Positions 51,654 through 61,171 of a stretch of DNA of 64,000 nucleotides are shown piece after piece (position 1 is the first letter of the stretch; every line of letters starts with the position of its first letter). The notes below the pieces were generated by a model, which was given only the letters and a program-made list of their open reading frames with translations, made no database searches and was not told the DNA's origin. Location of the stretch: positions 39,250-103,249 of the forward strand of contig CAVVYR010000026.1 in assembly GCA_963752475.1 (NCBI GenBank), in the 5' to 3' direction. The translations under genes and the position numbers were made by a program. The DNA is from an uncultured Chloroflexia bacterium (GTDB lineage Bacteria; Chloroflexota; Limnocylindria; Limnocylindrales; CSP1-4).

Positions 51654-51986
51654 TCAGCCTCTGGCGGTTCGTTCCTCCCACGCGATGCCTGCGGCCGATT
51701 CGGCCATGTCCAGGAGGATGACGCCGTCCGCGACCTCGTATCGCTCTCCCGATTCCAGGAGTGCCCATAGCAGCATCCGATCGGCGTCCATCCCGGCGCG
51801 ATGCAGTTCGAGCGCCTTCGCGAAGGGCTCGATGGTCCGATCCGAGTCCGGGCACAGGCGTTGCCCGCGGTCGTCTTCCAGCCAGTAGGCGACCGCATCC
51901 TCGATGACGACCTCCAGCGGCCGACTCAGGATCTCCTTGATCTCCTCGGCCGTCCAGTGACGGCGGTCATCGGTCCTCGTACTCAT
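51654..51986 (-). CDS. Hypothetical 110-aa protein, candidate BrnT antitoxin (copy 1)
   Basis: Overlaps the brnT 3' end; 89/110 identical to the paralog at 57424-57756 by manual alignment. Confidence 0.75.
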   Translation of the reverse strand: MSTRTDDRRHWTAEEIKEILSRPLEVVIEDAVAYWLEDDRGQRLCPDSDRTIEPFAKALELHRAGMDADRMLLWALLESGERYEVADGVILLDMAESAAGIAWEERTARG

Positions 51987-52248
51987 GTCGTTCACGCCTT
52001 GTCGGGCGCCGTGCGGATACGAGACGGATGGTACCTCTCGCATCGGCCGCGACGATGACGACGAGCAGCCGTCCGGTCGACGCCGTGCCGATGAGCCTGA
52101 AGCGGTCCTCATGCGTCGAGTGGGTCGTATCGACTCCCAGCACGGCCAACGGGTCGACCAGGACCGTCTCCGCCTCGCGCAGGGAGACGCCGTGCTTGGC
52201 GATGTTCCGACGGTCCTTGTCCTGATCCCAGGTCGCTCGTTCCCACAG
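51967..52248 (-). CDS. BrnT family toxin (copy 1); inferred CTG start
   Basis: TWD..K...N.AKHGVS..EA..V..DP, HS.EDR...IG, LLVVI and IRLVSARR motifs. Confidence 0.8.
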   Translation of the reverse strand: MWERATWDQDKDRRNIAKHGVSLREAETVLVDPLAVLGVDTTHSTHEDRFRLIGTASTGRLLVVIVAADARGTIRLVSARRPTRRERHEYEDR

Positions 52249-52430
52249 GGACCACGGTAGGTCTTGGTGCTTGCTTCGCCCGCATCCATGGCTTTCTTCG
52301 CGCTTGCTTGACAGTCGAGGTGGACGTGCGGCTGCGGCTGTCATTCCCCGCGGGTATGCCGGGTGTCTCGATCGCCGCGATGATCAGTATGGCCGACTGC
52401 GAGGGCGCGGACGCGGATGTGACCGCAGCG

Positions 52431-52679
52431 CTAGTTGGCCGCTGACGGGCTCTCCTCGCTGTCCGGCTCCTCGGCCCCACCCCCGGTGATCGCCTCGTGG
52501 CACGACGGGCATTCGTACTCCGGGTCATCAGCGCTGATCACGCATCCGCCGATGCGGACACGGCCCGCTTCAGCCTCCTCCATGAGCTCCGGGCTGGGGT
52601 ACCCGTAGACGATCGGTAGCGGCACGACGAGTTCAGCGCAGCTCGGACATCGCTGCTTCGGCGCGGCTGGCTCATTCAT
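52431..52679 (-). CDS. Small Zn-ribbon-like protein
   Basis: CPSC..PIVYGYP..GGC..ECPSC; ATGA overlap with yhaN. Confidence 0.75.
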   Translation of the reverse strand: MNEPAAPKQRCPSCAELVVPLPIVYGYPSPELMEEAEAGRVRIGGCVISADDPEYECPSCHEAITGGGAEEPDSEESPSAAN

Positions 52680-55600
52680 GGCTTGATCTCCATGCGCGGC
52701 AGCTCCTGCTCAAGGTCTGGGGCCAGCGGCGTGGTCTCGTGGCAGGTGAAGTAGATGATCTGGCACGTGTCGGAGAGCTCCTCGATGGAGCGCGCCGCGC
52801 GCTCGGCGCGGTCGGGGTCGAAGTTGACGAGGATGTCGTCCATGACGATGGGCAATGGTTCTCCCGACGTCTCCACGAAGTGCTGCACGAGGCCGAACCG
52901 CAGCGCGAGGTAGAGCTGCTCGGACGTCCCGCGTGAGAGCCCGGCCAGCGGTACCTCGACGCCGTCGACCCGCTCGATGCCGCGGACGTCCTCGCCCAGC
53001 GGAGCCACGATGCGCGTGTAGCGATCGTCGGTCCAGGCCTTGAAGAAGTGCTCGGCCTTCTCGATGACTGCGGGGCGGTGCTCCGCTTCGTAGGCGCTGC
53101 GGGAACGGCTGAGGATGTGATGGGCCAGCGCCAGCACGGACCATCGACCGGCGCCGGCCTGCAGCTGCGAGAGCAGGTCCTCCCGCTGCTGGCGCAGCTC
53201 GGTGGCCTCCGCGTCCGACTCCATCTCCTCGCGCGTGGCGCGCAGGCCGCCGGCTTCCTGGTTGAGCTCATCACGCTGGTCGTCGAGCTCCCCGAGCTGG
53301 TCGGCGATCTCCGAGAGGCGCGCCCCGACATCGGCGATGTCCTCGACCGCGCCAAGGTCGTCGATCAGCTGGGTGAGCGCCTTGCCCGGGCCCGAGAGCG
53401 TGGTCAGGGTCACCCTCGCCCCTGTCGACCTCGGCTTCGAGCGCCGTCGCCTGCTGGGATCGAGCGAACTCGCTGCGCAGGGTGTCGGCATCTGCGGCAC
53501 CGGCCTCCTCCAGGAACGCCGCCAGCTCGCCGACGGCCCGACCACGGGCCTCGTTGGTGGAGATCAGGGCGCTCTCCTTGTCCTCGAGCGTGGCGGCCAG
53601 CGTGTCGCGGTCCCGCTCGCCGGACAGGGCATCGGCAAGGGCCTTGGCCAGGAGGGTGGCGGTGGCGCCGAGGTCGTCCTCGTCCGTCTCACCGTCGGCC
53701 AGCAGCGGAGCCAGGGCAGCGACCTGCTGGGCATAGTCGGCGTGCTCCTGCGCGAGCTCCTCGGCCCGTGCCTGGGCCTTGCGCAGCGACGAGACCGTGG
53801 CCTTGGCCGAGCTCACCGAGTCGACCACGCGGCCGGCGGTCTCTCGGTCGTAGGTCCCGTCGAGTCCGTGCTCGCTGAGCCACGTCTTCCACTCGGCGTG
53901 CACAGCCGCGGCTTCCTCGCGGCGCTTGTCGGCGGCGGTGGCGAGGTCCGCGACGCGCTTGGCCTGCGACTCCGCGGCCGCCTGCAGTTGTTCCTCGCGC
54001 TCGGTCGCTGCCGCCCTGGCCGCCTCTTGTCCGCGTACTTCGGCGATCGCGGCCCGGGCGGTTTCGAGATCGGCGGGGGTGGGTTGCTCCGGCAGTCCCG
54101 CCTCGGTCGCGGCCTTGGCCAGCTCGCCTGTCAGCCGCTCGACCTCAAGCTCAGCCGCCTGGGCGCGTTCGAGCCGCTCCTCGTCTCGCTCGAGCGAGCG
54201 GCGCTCCGCGTCGATGTCGTCGAGCAACCGATCCACGTCCGAAGGGCTGGGCGAGGATCCGAGCTCGAGCTCCGGGCCGAGCCTGGCCACGTCAGCCTCG
54301 GCCTTCGCCTGTTGCTGCTCGAGCTGCTCGGCCGTGGCGGTACCGCCGCCAGCTCCCTGCATGCGCAGGACCACGATCCAGGCCACCGCGCCACCGACGC
54401 CGGCGGCGGCCACGACGACCGAGGCTGCGATCGCCACCTCCATCAGGGCCAGCACCACGGCCACGACCACGCCGCCGATGCCGATGGCGGCCGGCAGCAG
54501 GTACTGGCGCTGGGCACGGCCCGCCGCGTCATCGGCCATCGCGCGTGCGGCGGGCAACTGCTCCTCCGCGGTCTGCTTCGAGCGCAGGGCATCGGCCAGG
54601 TCGCGCACCCTGGTCCGTCGCTCGTCGAGGTCCGCCCGCACCGCCGGCAGGTCATCGCCCGGCGTGTCTTCGGCGATTCGCTGCCGGTCCTCGAGTTCAG
54701 CAGAGAGCCGCTCCACGTTGCGAACGGAGCGCTCCTGAACTTCGGACGACGGCTGATCGGCGAGGGCCTCATGGAGCTCGGCCACACGAGCGGTCGCGGC
54801 AGCGGCCTGCTCACTCGCCTCCTTGGCTTGCTCCTCGGCGGCTGCCAGCGACTCGTTAGCAGTGACAACCGCTTGATCGGCCGTGGTCAGCGTCGTGCGC
54901 CAGTGACCGGAGATCTCGGACTTGACCGCGATGGAGTCGTCGAAGTCCTCGACCCGCTCGATGGTCCAACCGTCGCCGAGGCCCTCCAGCGCAGCCTCGA
55001 CCGCTGCCTGCGTCTGGGCCAGCTCGCGTTCGTTCCGGTCGCGTTCGGCCCCGCGGGCAGCCTCGACCTTGCCGGCTTCGGCCAGCGCCTCGAGCTCCAC
55101 CCGCTTCGCCAGCACCGCCTCATCGAGGGCCATGTCATCAAGTCGGGAAAGCGCTCGGTCGCGGTCTCGGGTAGCGGCCTCGACCGCTCGTTCGGCTTCG
55201 GCCACGGCCGCCTCGAGCACGCTCAGCCGCTCCAGGGCGTCGGCTTCGAACTCGCCCACCTCGCCGAGTTCCTCACGTACGTCCTCGGCCCGTCGCAGGG
55301 CCAGCCACGTCTCCCAGCCATCCGCCAGCCGCTGCTGTCGGCGACGATCGGCATCGAGCTCGTCGTACCGCGCCCCGAGCTCGGCCAGCCGCTCGTCGAC
55401 CTCGTCGAGTCGGGCTCCTGCGGCGGCGTACTCGTGGGGCAGGTCCCGGCCCTCGAGCTCGTGGTCGACCTCCTCGAGCCGCTTGAGCAGGGCGTTCAGC
55501 TCCGGCTTGCTGCCGCCCGACTTGAACAGGTCCTCCATCCGATCGCGCAGGGCCTGCTCGACCTTCAGGCCCGACACGCCCCCCGTGCCCAGGCCGGCGC

Positions 55601-56033
55601 CGTAGATGCGCGCGGCGACCTCGTCGTCCCTGAGCGTCTCGAAGCGCGTCAGCTCACCGAGGCCGAAGGCGAAGATGTTCTGGTAGACCGACGTCTCGAC
55701 GCCCTGGAGCACGGCCGCGAGGTGGCCCGGGCCGAGATCCTGGTCGTTCTCGATGACGCGCAGCTTGCCCTCGCCACCGCGCTCGCCGTAGCGCTCGATG
55801 CGCAGGGCCCGGCCGTCGGCCATGACCACGTCGAGCCAGCCGCCGCGCTTGCCGCCGTTGAGCGCGGGGTACCGATGCGTCTGGAAGCCGAAGAGCATGG
55901 CGCGGGTAAAGGCCAGGAGCGTCGTCTTGCCGGCTTCGTTAGGTCCGCGAACGACCGTGAGGCCCGGGTTCGGCGAGAGCTGTGCGCCGTGGAACTGGCC
56001 GAAGCCGTCGATGGCGATGGTCTCGATGCGCAC
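52676..56033 (-). CDS. YhaN-like (Rad50/SMC-like) AAA ATPase; frameshift near 53420
   Basis: GFGQF, GPNEAGKTT, long coiled coil, central TM pair, LSRGTSEQLYLALR, MDDILVNFD and FTCH motifs. Confidence 0.88.
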
Positions 56034-56035
56034 GG

Positions 56036-57323
56036 CTAGTCCTCGTCCCCGAGACGATCGAGCAGCAGGGCCTCGGCCTCGTCGAGCAGCCGTGCCACCT
56101 CGGCCGCGCTGGGTCGGCTGGACCTGAGGTACCTGCGCGCTCGGGAGTGGCCGAAGAGGTCATCGAGGGCCCCGTCGAGTTCCTCGGCCGCGGGAGCCTC
56201 GGCAGCATCCTGGGCCAGGCGGCTGCGGGTCTCGTCGAGGTGCGTCAGCAGGTCGCCCACGAAGTCGTCGGCCTTGCGTCGCTCCTCGAGGTCGATGTCC
56301 GGGCGAGTGCGGTCGCGGAGCGACTCGATCCAGGCGAAGGGCTCGACCGTGCCCAGGCTCTCGCGGGCGGTGGCGAGCACGTCCTCCGCGATGCCGCTGC
56401 GACGGAGGGAGGCATGCATGGGGCCACGGCCGGTGAGTCGCACGCGGGCCACGATGGAGCGACCGGCGTCGGAACGGGCGCCGTCCACGGCCTCGACGAC
56501 GGCCTCGATGAGCCCTTCCTCGGTGGTGATCTCGGCGATGGGCAGGTCGAGGATCTGCCAGCGCACGACGTCGACGGTGCGGAAGTGCGGGGTGACGCGG
56601 CCGGCTGTCGTCGACGTCGATGAGGTAGCAGCCGCGGGGATCGGTCTCGCCGGGGTCGCGGCCCTGGGGGTTGCCGCAGTAGACGATGGTCGGGCGCTCG
56701 TCGGAGAGCACGCGGTGGGCGTGGATGTGGCCGAGCGCCCAGTAGTCCATGCCGGCCTCGCGCAGGTCGGTCAGCGTGCAGGGGGCGTAGTTGGCGTGGC
56801 CCTCCTGGCCTCCGACGTTGGCGTGCAGCAGGCCGATCGCAAAAGGGGAGTCGGCGTCGCGCTCGAAGCGCCTGGCGAGGTTGGTCTTGATATCGCGTTG
56901 GTGGTAGCTGATGCCGTAGACCCGGGCGATCTCGTCGTCGCCGCGAAGGACGGGCTGGGAGGTGATCTCGTGGGCCCCGAAGCGGTGGGCGAGGTCGGGC
57001 CAGGCGACGCTGGGCTCCCAGCCGTCGAGGGGATCGTGGTTGCCGGTGACGACGTAGCTGGGGACCCCGGCGTCCGAGAGGCGCTTGAGGCCGTCGCGGA
57101 AGACGAGCTGGCCGCGCAGCGTGCGGTTGGCGTGCTCGAAGGCGTCGCCGGCGACGAGCAGGAAGTCGACCTCCTCATCGAGGGCAAGCTCGATGATGTT
57201 GCGCCAGGCGGCGATCGTCGACTCACGCAGGGTCTCGACGACGTTGGCAGGCGCCTCGGTGGACAGGCCGATGAACGGGCTGTCGAGGTGCAGGTCGCCG
57301 GTATGGACGAAGCGGAAGGCCAC
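56036..57323 (-). CDS. YhaO-like (Mre11/SbcD) metallophosphoesterase nuclease; frameshift near 56595
   Basis: HTGDLHLDSPF, AGDAF, GNHD, YWALGHIH and GNPQGR motifs. Confidence 0.88.
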
Positions 57324-57423
57324 GCGTGTTCCCCCTTCGGCCAAGGCTCCCCCTCTGCTCGTCGGCGATGGAGGTCCGTCTGGCTCGAAGTGGCAGGCGC
57401 GACGGCACTCTGGCGTCGCCGGG

Positions 57424-57756
57424 TCAGGTCCTGGCTGTCCGCTCCTCCCACGGGATGCCCGCGGCCGACTCAGCGACGTCGAGAAGGACGATCCCACCGC
57501 CGACCTCGTATCGCTCTCCCGACTCCAGGAGTGCCCACAGCAGCATGCGGTCAGGATCCATCCCGGCGCGATGGAGCTCGAGGACCTTCGCGAAGGGCTC
57601 GATGGTGCGATCCGAGTCCGGGCATAAGCGTCGTCCTCGGTCGTCCTCCAGCCAGTAGGCGACCGCATCCTCGATCGCTAACTCCTTGGGGCGGCGCAGG
57701 ATCTCTCGAACCTCTTCGACCGTCCAGGGCCGGCGGTCACCGGTCTTCGTACGCAT
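57424..57756 (-). CDS. Hypothetical 110-aa protein, candidate BrnT antitoxin (copy 2)
   Basis: Paralog of 51654-51986 with the same length. Confidence 0.75.
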   Translation of the reverse strand: MRTKTGDRRPWTVEEVREILRRPKELAIEDAVAYWLEDDRGRRLCPDSDRTIEPFAKVLELHRAGMDPDRMLLWALLESGERYEVGGGIVLLDVAESAAGIPWEERTART

Positions 57757-58018
57757 GTCGTTCACGCCTCGTTGGGCGCCGTGCGGATATGAGGCGAATG
57801 GTACCTCCCGGGTCGAGAGCGACGATCACGACCAGCAATCTGCCCGACCTGGATATCCCGACGATCCGATGCCGGTCCTCTTGACCAGAGTGGGCCTCGT
57901 CCGGAGTCGTGATGCAGAACGGGTCGTCCATGACCGTCTGCGCTTCGAGGAACGAGACTCGATGCTTGGCCCGGTTCTGTCGGTCCTTGTCGGTGTCCCA
58001 GGTGATGTCATCGCACAG
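57737..58018 (-). CDS. BrnT family toxin (copy 2); inferred CTG start
   Basis: TWDTDKDRQNRAKHRVSFLEAQTVMDDP...IRLISARRPTRRER. Confidence 0.8.
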   Translation of the reverse strand: MCDDITWDTDKDRQNRAKHRVSFLEAQTVMDDPFCITTPDEAHSGQEDRHRIVGISRSGRLLVVIVALDPGGTIRLISARRPTRRERHAYEDR

Positions 58019-58078
58019 GCACCACGGTAGGCAGCCTCACTTCGCTGACGCTGTGCTCGGGCTTCGCTGCTGCTTATC

Positions 58079-58106
58079 TTGACAGTGAAACGTCATGCTG
58101 TATAGT
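58079..58106 (+). promoter_or_regulatory. Promoter of the leaderless MerR gene
   Basis: TTGACA-16 nt-TATAGT with ATG 6 nt downstream; TGAC-N8-GTCA dyad overlaps the -35 element. Confidence 0.7.
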
Positions 58107-58112
58107 TAGGCC

Positions 58113-58676
58113 ATGCCGACGGAGCAGGAGTACGCGATCGGGGAGCTGGCTGAGCTCGCAGGGGTGACGCCACGGACCATCCGCTACTACGTCTCGATCG
58201 GCCTGTTGCCCTCACCGGAGCAGGCCGGACCCAGGACCAGGTACACGGAGGGTCATCTCCAGCGCCTGCGCCTGATCCGTCATCTACAGCGGCAGCATCT
58301 GCCGCTCGCGGAGATCGGCGACCGCATCGTCAAGCTCGACGACGAGGCCGTGGAAGCGGCGCTCGACGGAGACGTGGTGGCGCGGCCGTCTGACTCGGCA
58401 CTCGACTACATCGAACGCATCACGGCGGAGCAACCGCCAGAGACCCGAGCCAAGGAGGTCACACCCAAGGACGTCTGGGCACCCGCCCAGAGGCCCGCAG
58501 AGCCGCATCCCGCGAAGCCGACGAAGGCCCAGCTGGATACCAGGACGCGCTGGGAACGCGTCCCGCTCAGCGAGTCCGTGGAACTGCACATCCGCCATCC
58601 CATGGATCGGCGGACGCGGCAGCAGATCGAGCACTACATCCAGCTCGGACGGGAGATGCTCGAGGAAGGGGAGTGA
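58113..58676 (+). CDS. MerR-family HTH protein
   Basis: YAIGELAELAGVTPRTIRYY..GLLP..Y..HL.RL; C-terminal WERVPL...VELHI. Confidence 0.88.
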   Translation: MPTEQEYAIGELAELAGVTPRTIRYYVSIGLLPSPEQAGPRTRYTEGHLQRLRLIRHLQRQHLPLAEIGDRIVKLDDEAVEAALDGDVVARPSDSALDYIERITAEQPPETRAKEVTPKDVWAPAQRPAEPHPAKPTKAQLDTRTRWERVPLSESVELHIRHPMDRRTRQQIEHYIQLGREMLEEGE

Positions 58677-58678
58677 CC

Positions 58679-59962
58679 ATGAACGCCAAAAGAACACCAC
58701 CAAGCGCCTGCAGCTCAAGCAGGACCGCGGGCTCATCCGCAGCCGCTGGCACAGCAGCCGCTTCGTCGTGGCCCGCGTGACCGCGCCGGAGGTCGAGACC
58801 AGCACCGAGCGTCAGCCGGTGAACCTGGCCTTCGTCATCGACCGTTCGGGCTCGATGAACGGCAAGCCCATCGAGCTTGCGATGCAGGCCGTCGAGGAGG
58901 CGGTCCGCCGGCTCAAGGCGAGCGACCGCTTCAGCGTCGTCGTCTTCGACAACGAGGTCGACACCGTCGTGCCCGGCGTGTTCGCCTCGCCCGAAGCGAA
59001 GTCGCGGGCCATCGAGGAGATCCGCCGGGTCGGGGCACGGGGCACAACGAACCTGTCTGGCGGCTGGCTGCAAGGCTGCAAGCTCGTGGCCACCGAGTTG
59101 CTGGAGCTGGGCGTCAACCGCACGCTGCTCCTGACCGACGGCCTGGCCAACCAGGGCATCACCACGCTCGAGGAGCTCGAGCACCACGCGGCGCAGCTGC
59201 GCAAGCGCGGCGTCTCGACCAGCACCTTCGGCATGGGTGACCGCTTCGACGAGAACCTGCTGCAGCACATGGCGCAGGCAGGCGGCGGCCAGTTCTACGA
59301 CATCGCCACGCCGGAGCAGATCCGCGACCACATCGAGAGTGAGGTCGGCGAGACCCTCGAGGTCGTGGCCCGCAACGTCACGCTCGACGTGCGCTTCCCG
59401 ACGGGCGTGCGCTTCGAGTCACTCGGCGCCTTCCACGGGCGTGCGGGCGACGACCGGGCGCTCATCGACGTTGGCGACCTCGTGTCCGGCCAGGAGGTGG
59501 ACGTGCCCCTGCGGCTGTCCTTCCCGACGGGCGACAAGGGTGGCTCGGCGACCGTGATGGTGAACGTGACCGACCGTGATGGCGTGTTCGGGGATACGTC
59601 CGAGCGCGTGGCCTGGGAGTTCGCCGGCGACCGTGACAACGACGCCCAGCCACGCAACGGCGAGGTCGACCGCATCATCGCCGGCATCTACGCGGCTCGG
59701 GCGCGCCAGGAGGCGGTCCGGCTCAACCGGATGGGCGACTTCGATGCGGCGCGTGAGGTCGCTGCGAGCGACTGCTCGGCGGATCCGTGGCTACGCGGGC
59801 GACGACCCGGAACTGCATCGCATCATGAGCGAGCTGCGGTCCGAGTCAGAGCAGTTCCACCGCGCCATGCCCGAGCGGATGCGCAAGCAGCACTACGCCA
59901 TGAGCCGCCAGCACATGCGCTCCCGCGACGTCGAGGGCAAGGCGCGGCGGACGGGCTGGTAG
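58679..59962 (+). CDS. vWA-domain protein; indels near 58690 and 59760
   Basis: MIDAS VIDRSGSM, G.TNLSGG, LLTDGLAN and GGGQFY motifs. Confidence 0.85.
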
Positions 59963-60399
59963 GCGCCTGGGAGATCCGCCGATGCGGGACCTTGCAACTG
60001 CAAGGCGGTTCAGAGTGTCGGCGATCGTGATAGGGACAGATTGACCAAGAGAGGACTTGGTGTGGATGTGCGACCCCGTTGTCCAAGGTCCGCGCTCGCA
60101 GAGAGGGTTTGAGCGAGGTCCGGGCCCAGCGCTATCGGCGCACGACGAGGGCGTGAAAGACCTCTCGGACGCGCTCTGGTGGGGCATCTTCACGGCGACG
60201 GCGGCCGGGCACGCACCGCAACGCCGGAGACCGACGAGGGTCGCATCGCTGCGGCTGGGCTCATGATTCTCGACATCACCCTATACGCGCGATCACAGCC
60301 GCAATCACCAGCCGCCTCATCGCCGAAGAACCGGGTGGTGCTGACTGTCAACGCCGGTCCAAACCTGAACAGATATCGCCGGCCGAAAGCTGGACACTT

Positions 60400-61171
60400 T
60401 CAGCGTCCCGTCTTGCCCGTGAGCACCTCCTCTCCCTTGCCCCGGAGGCGATAGCTGTCGCCCTTCAAGACGATGACCTCGGCATGGTGGACGAGCCGGT
60501 CGACCATGGCCGCCACGGCCACGGGGTCACCGAAGATCTCGGCCCAGGCGCTGAAGGTCTTGTTCGAGCTGACGATCATCGAGCGTCGCTCGTAGCGCGA
60601 GCTGATGAGCGCGAAGAAGAGCGCCGCGGCCTCGGGATCGAAGGGGATGTAGCCGACCTCGTCGACGACGAGCAGCGGGACGCGCCCCAGGCGCTCGAGC
60701 TCCGCATCGAGCCGCCCCGCCCGCTTGGCCGCCCCGAGGCGGTTGACCCACTGATGGGCGGTGGCGAAGGCGACCCGATGGCCACGTCGGGCGGCCTGCA
60801 CCGCGAGGGCGATGCTCAAGTGCGTCTTGCCCGTGCCCGGTGGCCCGAGGAAGACGACGTTCTGCGCCTCGGCGAGGAAGTCGAGCTGGGCGAGATGGGC
60901 GATGACCTCTCGCTTCACGCTGGGCTGGACCTTGAAGTCGAAGTCGTCGATGGTCTTGACCGCCGGGAAGCGCGCCGCCTTCACCCTCGCCTCGCCACCA
61001 TGGCTGTCCCGTGCCGAGACCTCCTCGGCGAGCACCGCGGCCAGATACGTCTCGTGGTCCCAGCCCTCGTCACGCGCTCGCTCCGCGAGGCGGGTCGGCG
61101 ACCTCGCGCACCCGTGGTGCCTTGAGCGCCCGCGAGAGATACGCCAGCTCCGCCGCGGTGCTCGTGCTCAT
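60400..61171 (-). CDS. istB: IS21 helper ATPase IstB; frameshift near 61090
   Basis: ARFP..KT.DDFDF, GPPGTGKTH, VVDEVGY and DRLVHHA motifs. Confidence 0.9.

Larger units (their letters stand above)
51590..52315. repeat. Diverged direct repeat, copy 1 (BrnT module)
   Basis: Colinear with 57360-58086 at an offset of about 5770 bp. Confidence 0.9.
57360..58086. repeat. Diverged direct repeat, copy 2 (BrnT module)
   Basis: Colinear with 51590-52315. Confidence 0.9.

Noticed and set aside
53202-56039. 945-aa plus-strand ORF and other long antisense ORFs (e.g. 44-1327, 17689-19374)
   Set aside because: Shadow ORFs opposite well-supported genes, as expected in high-GC DNA; no recognisable motifs.
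59990-60005. Palindrome CCTTGCA-ac-TGCAAGG after the vWA gene
   Set aside because: Single occurrence with no U-tract; cannot distinguish a weak terminator from chance.
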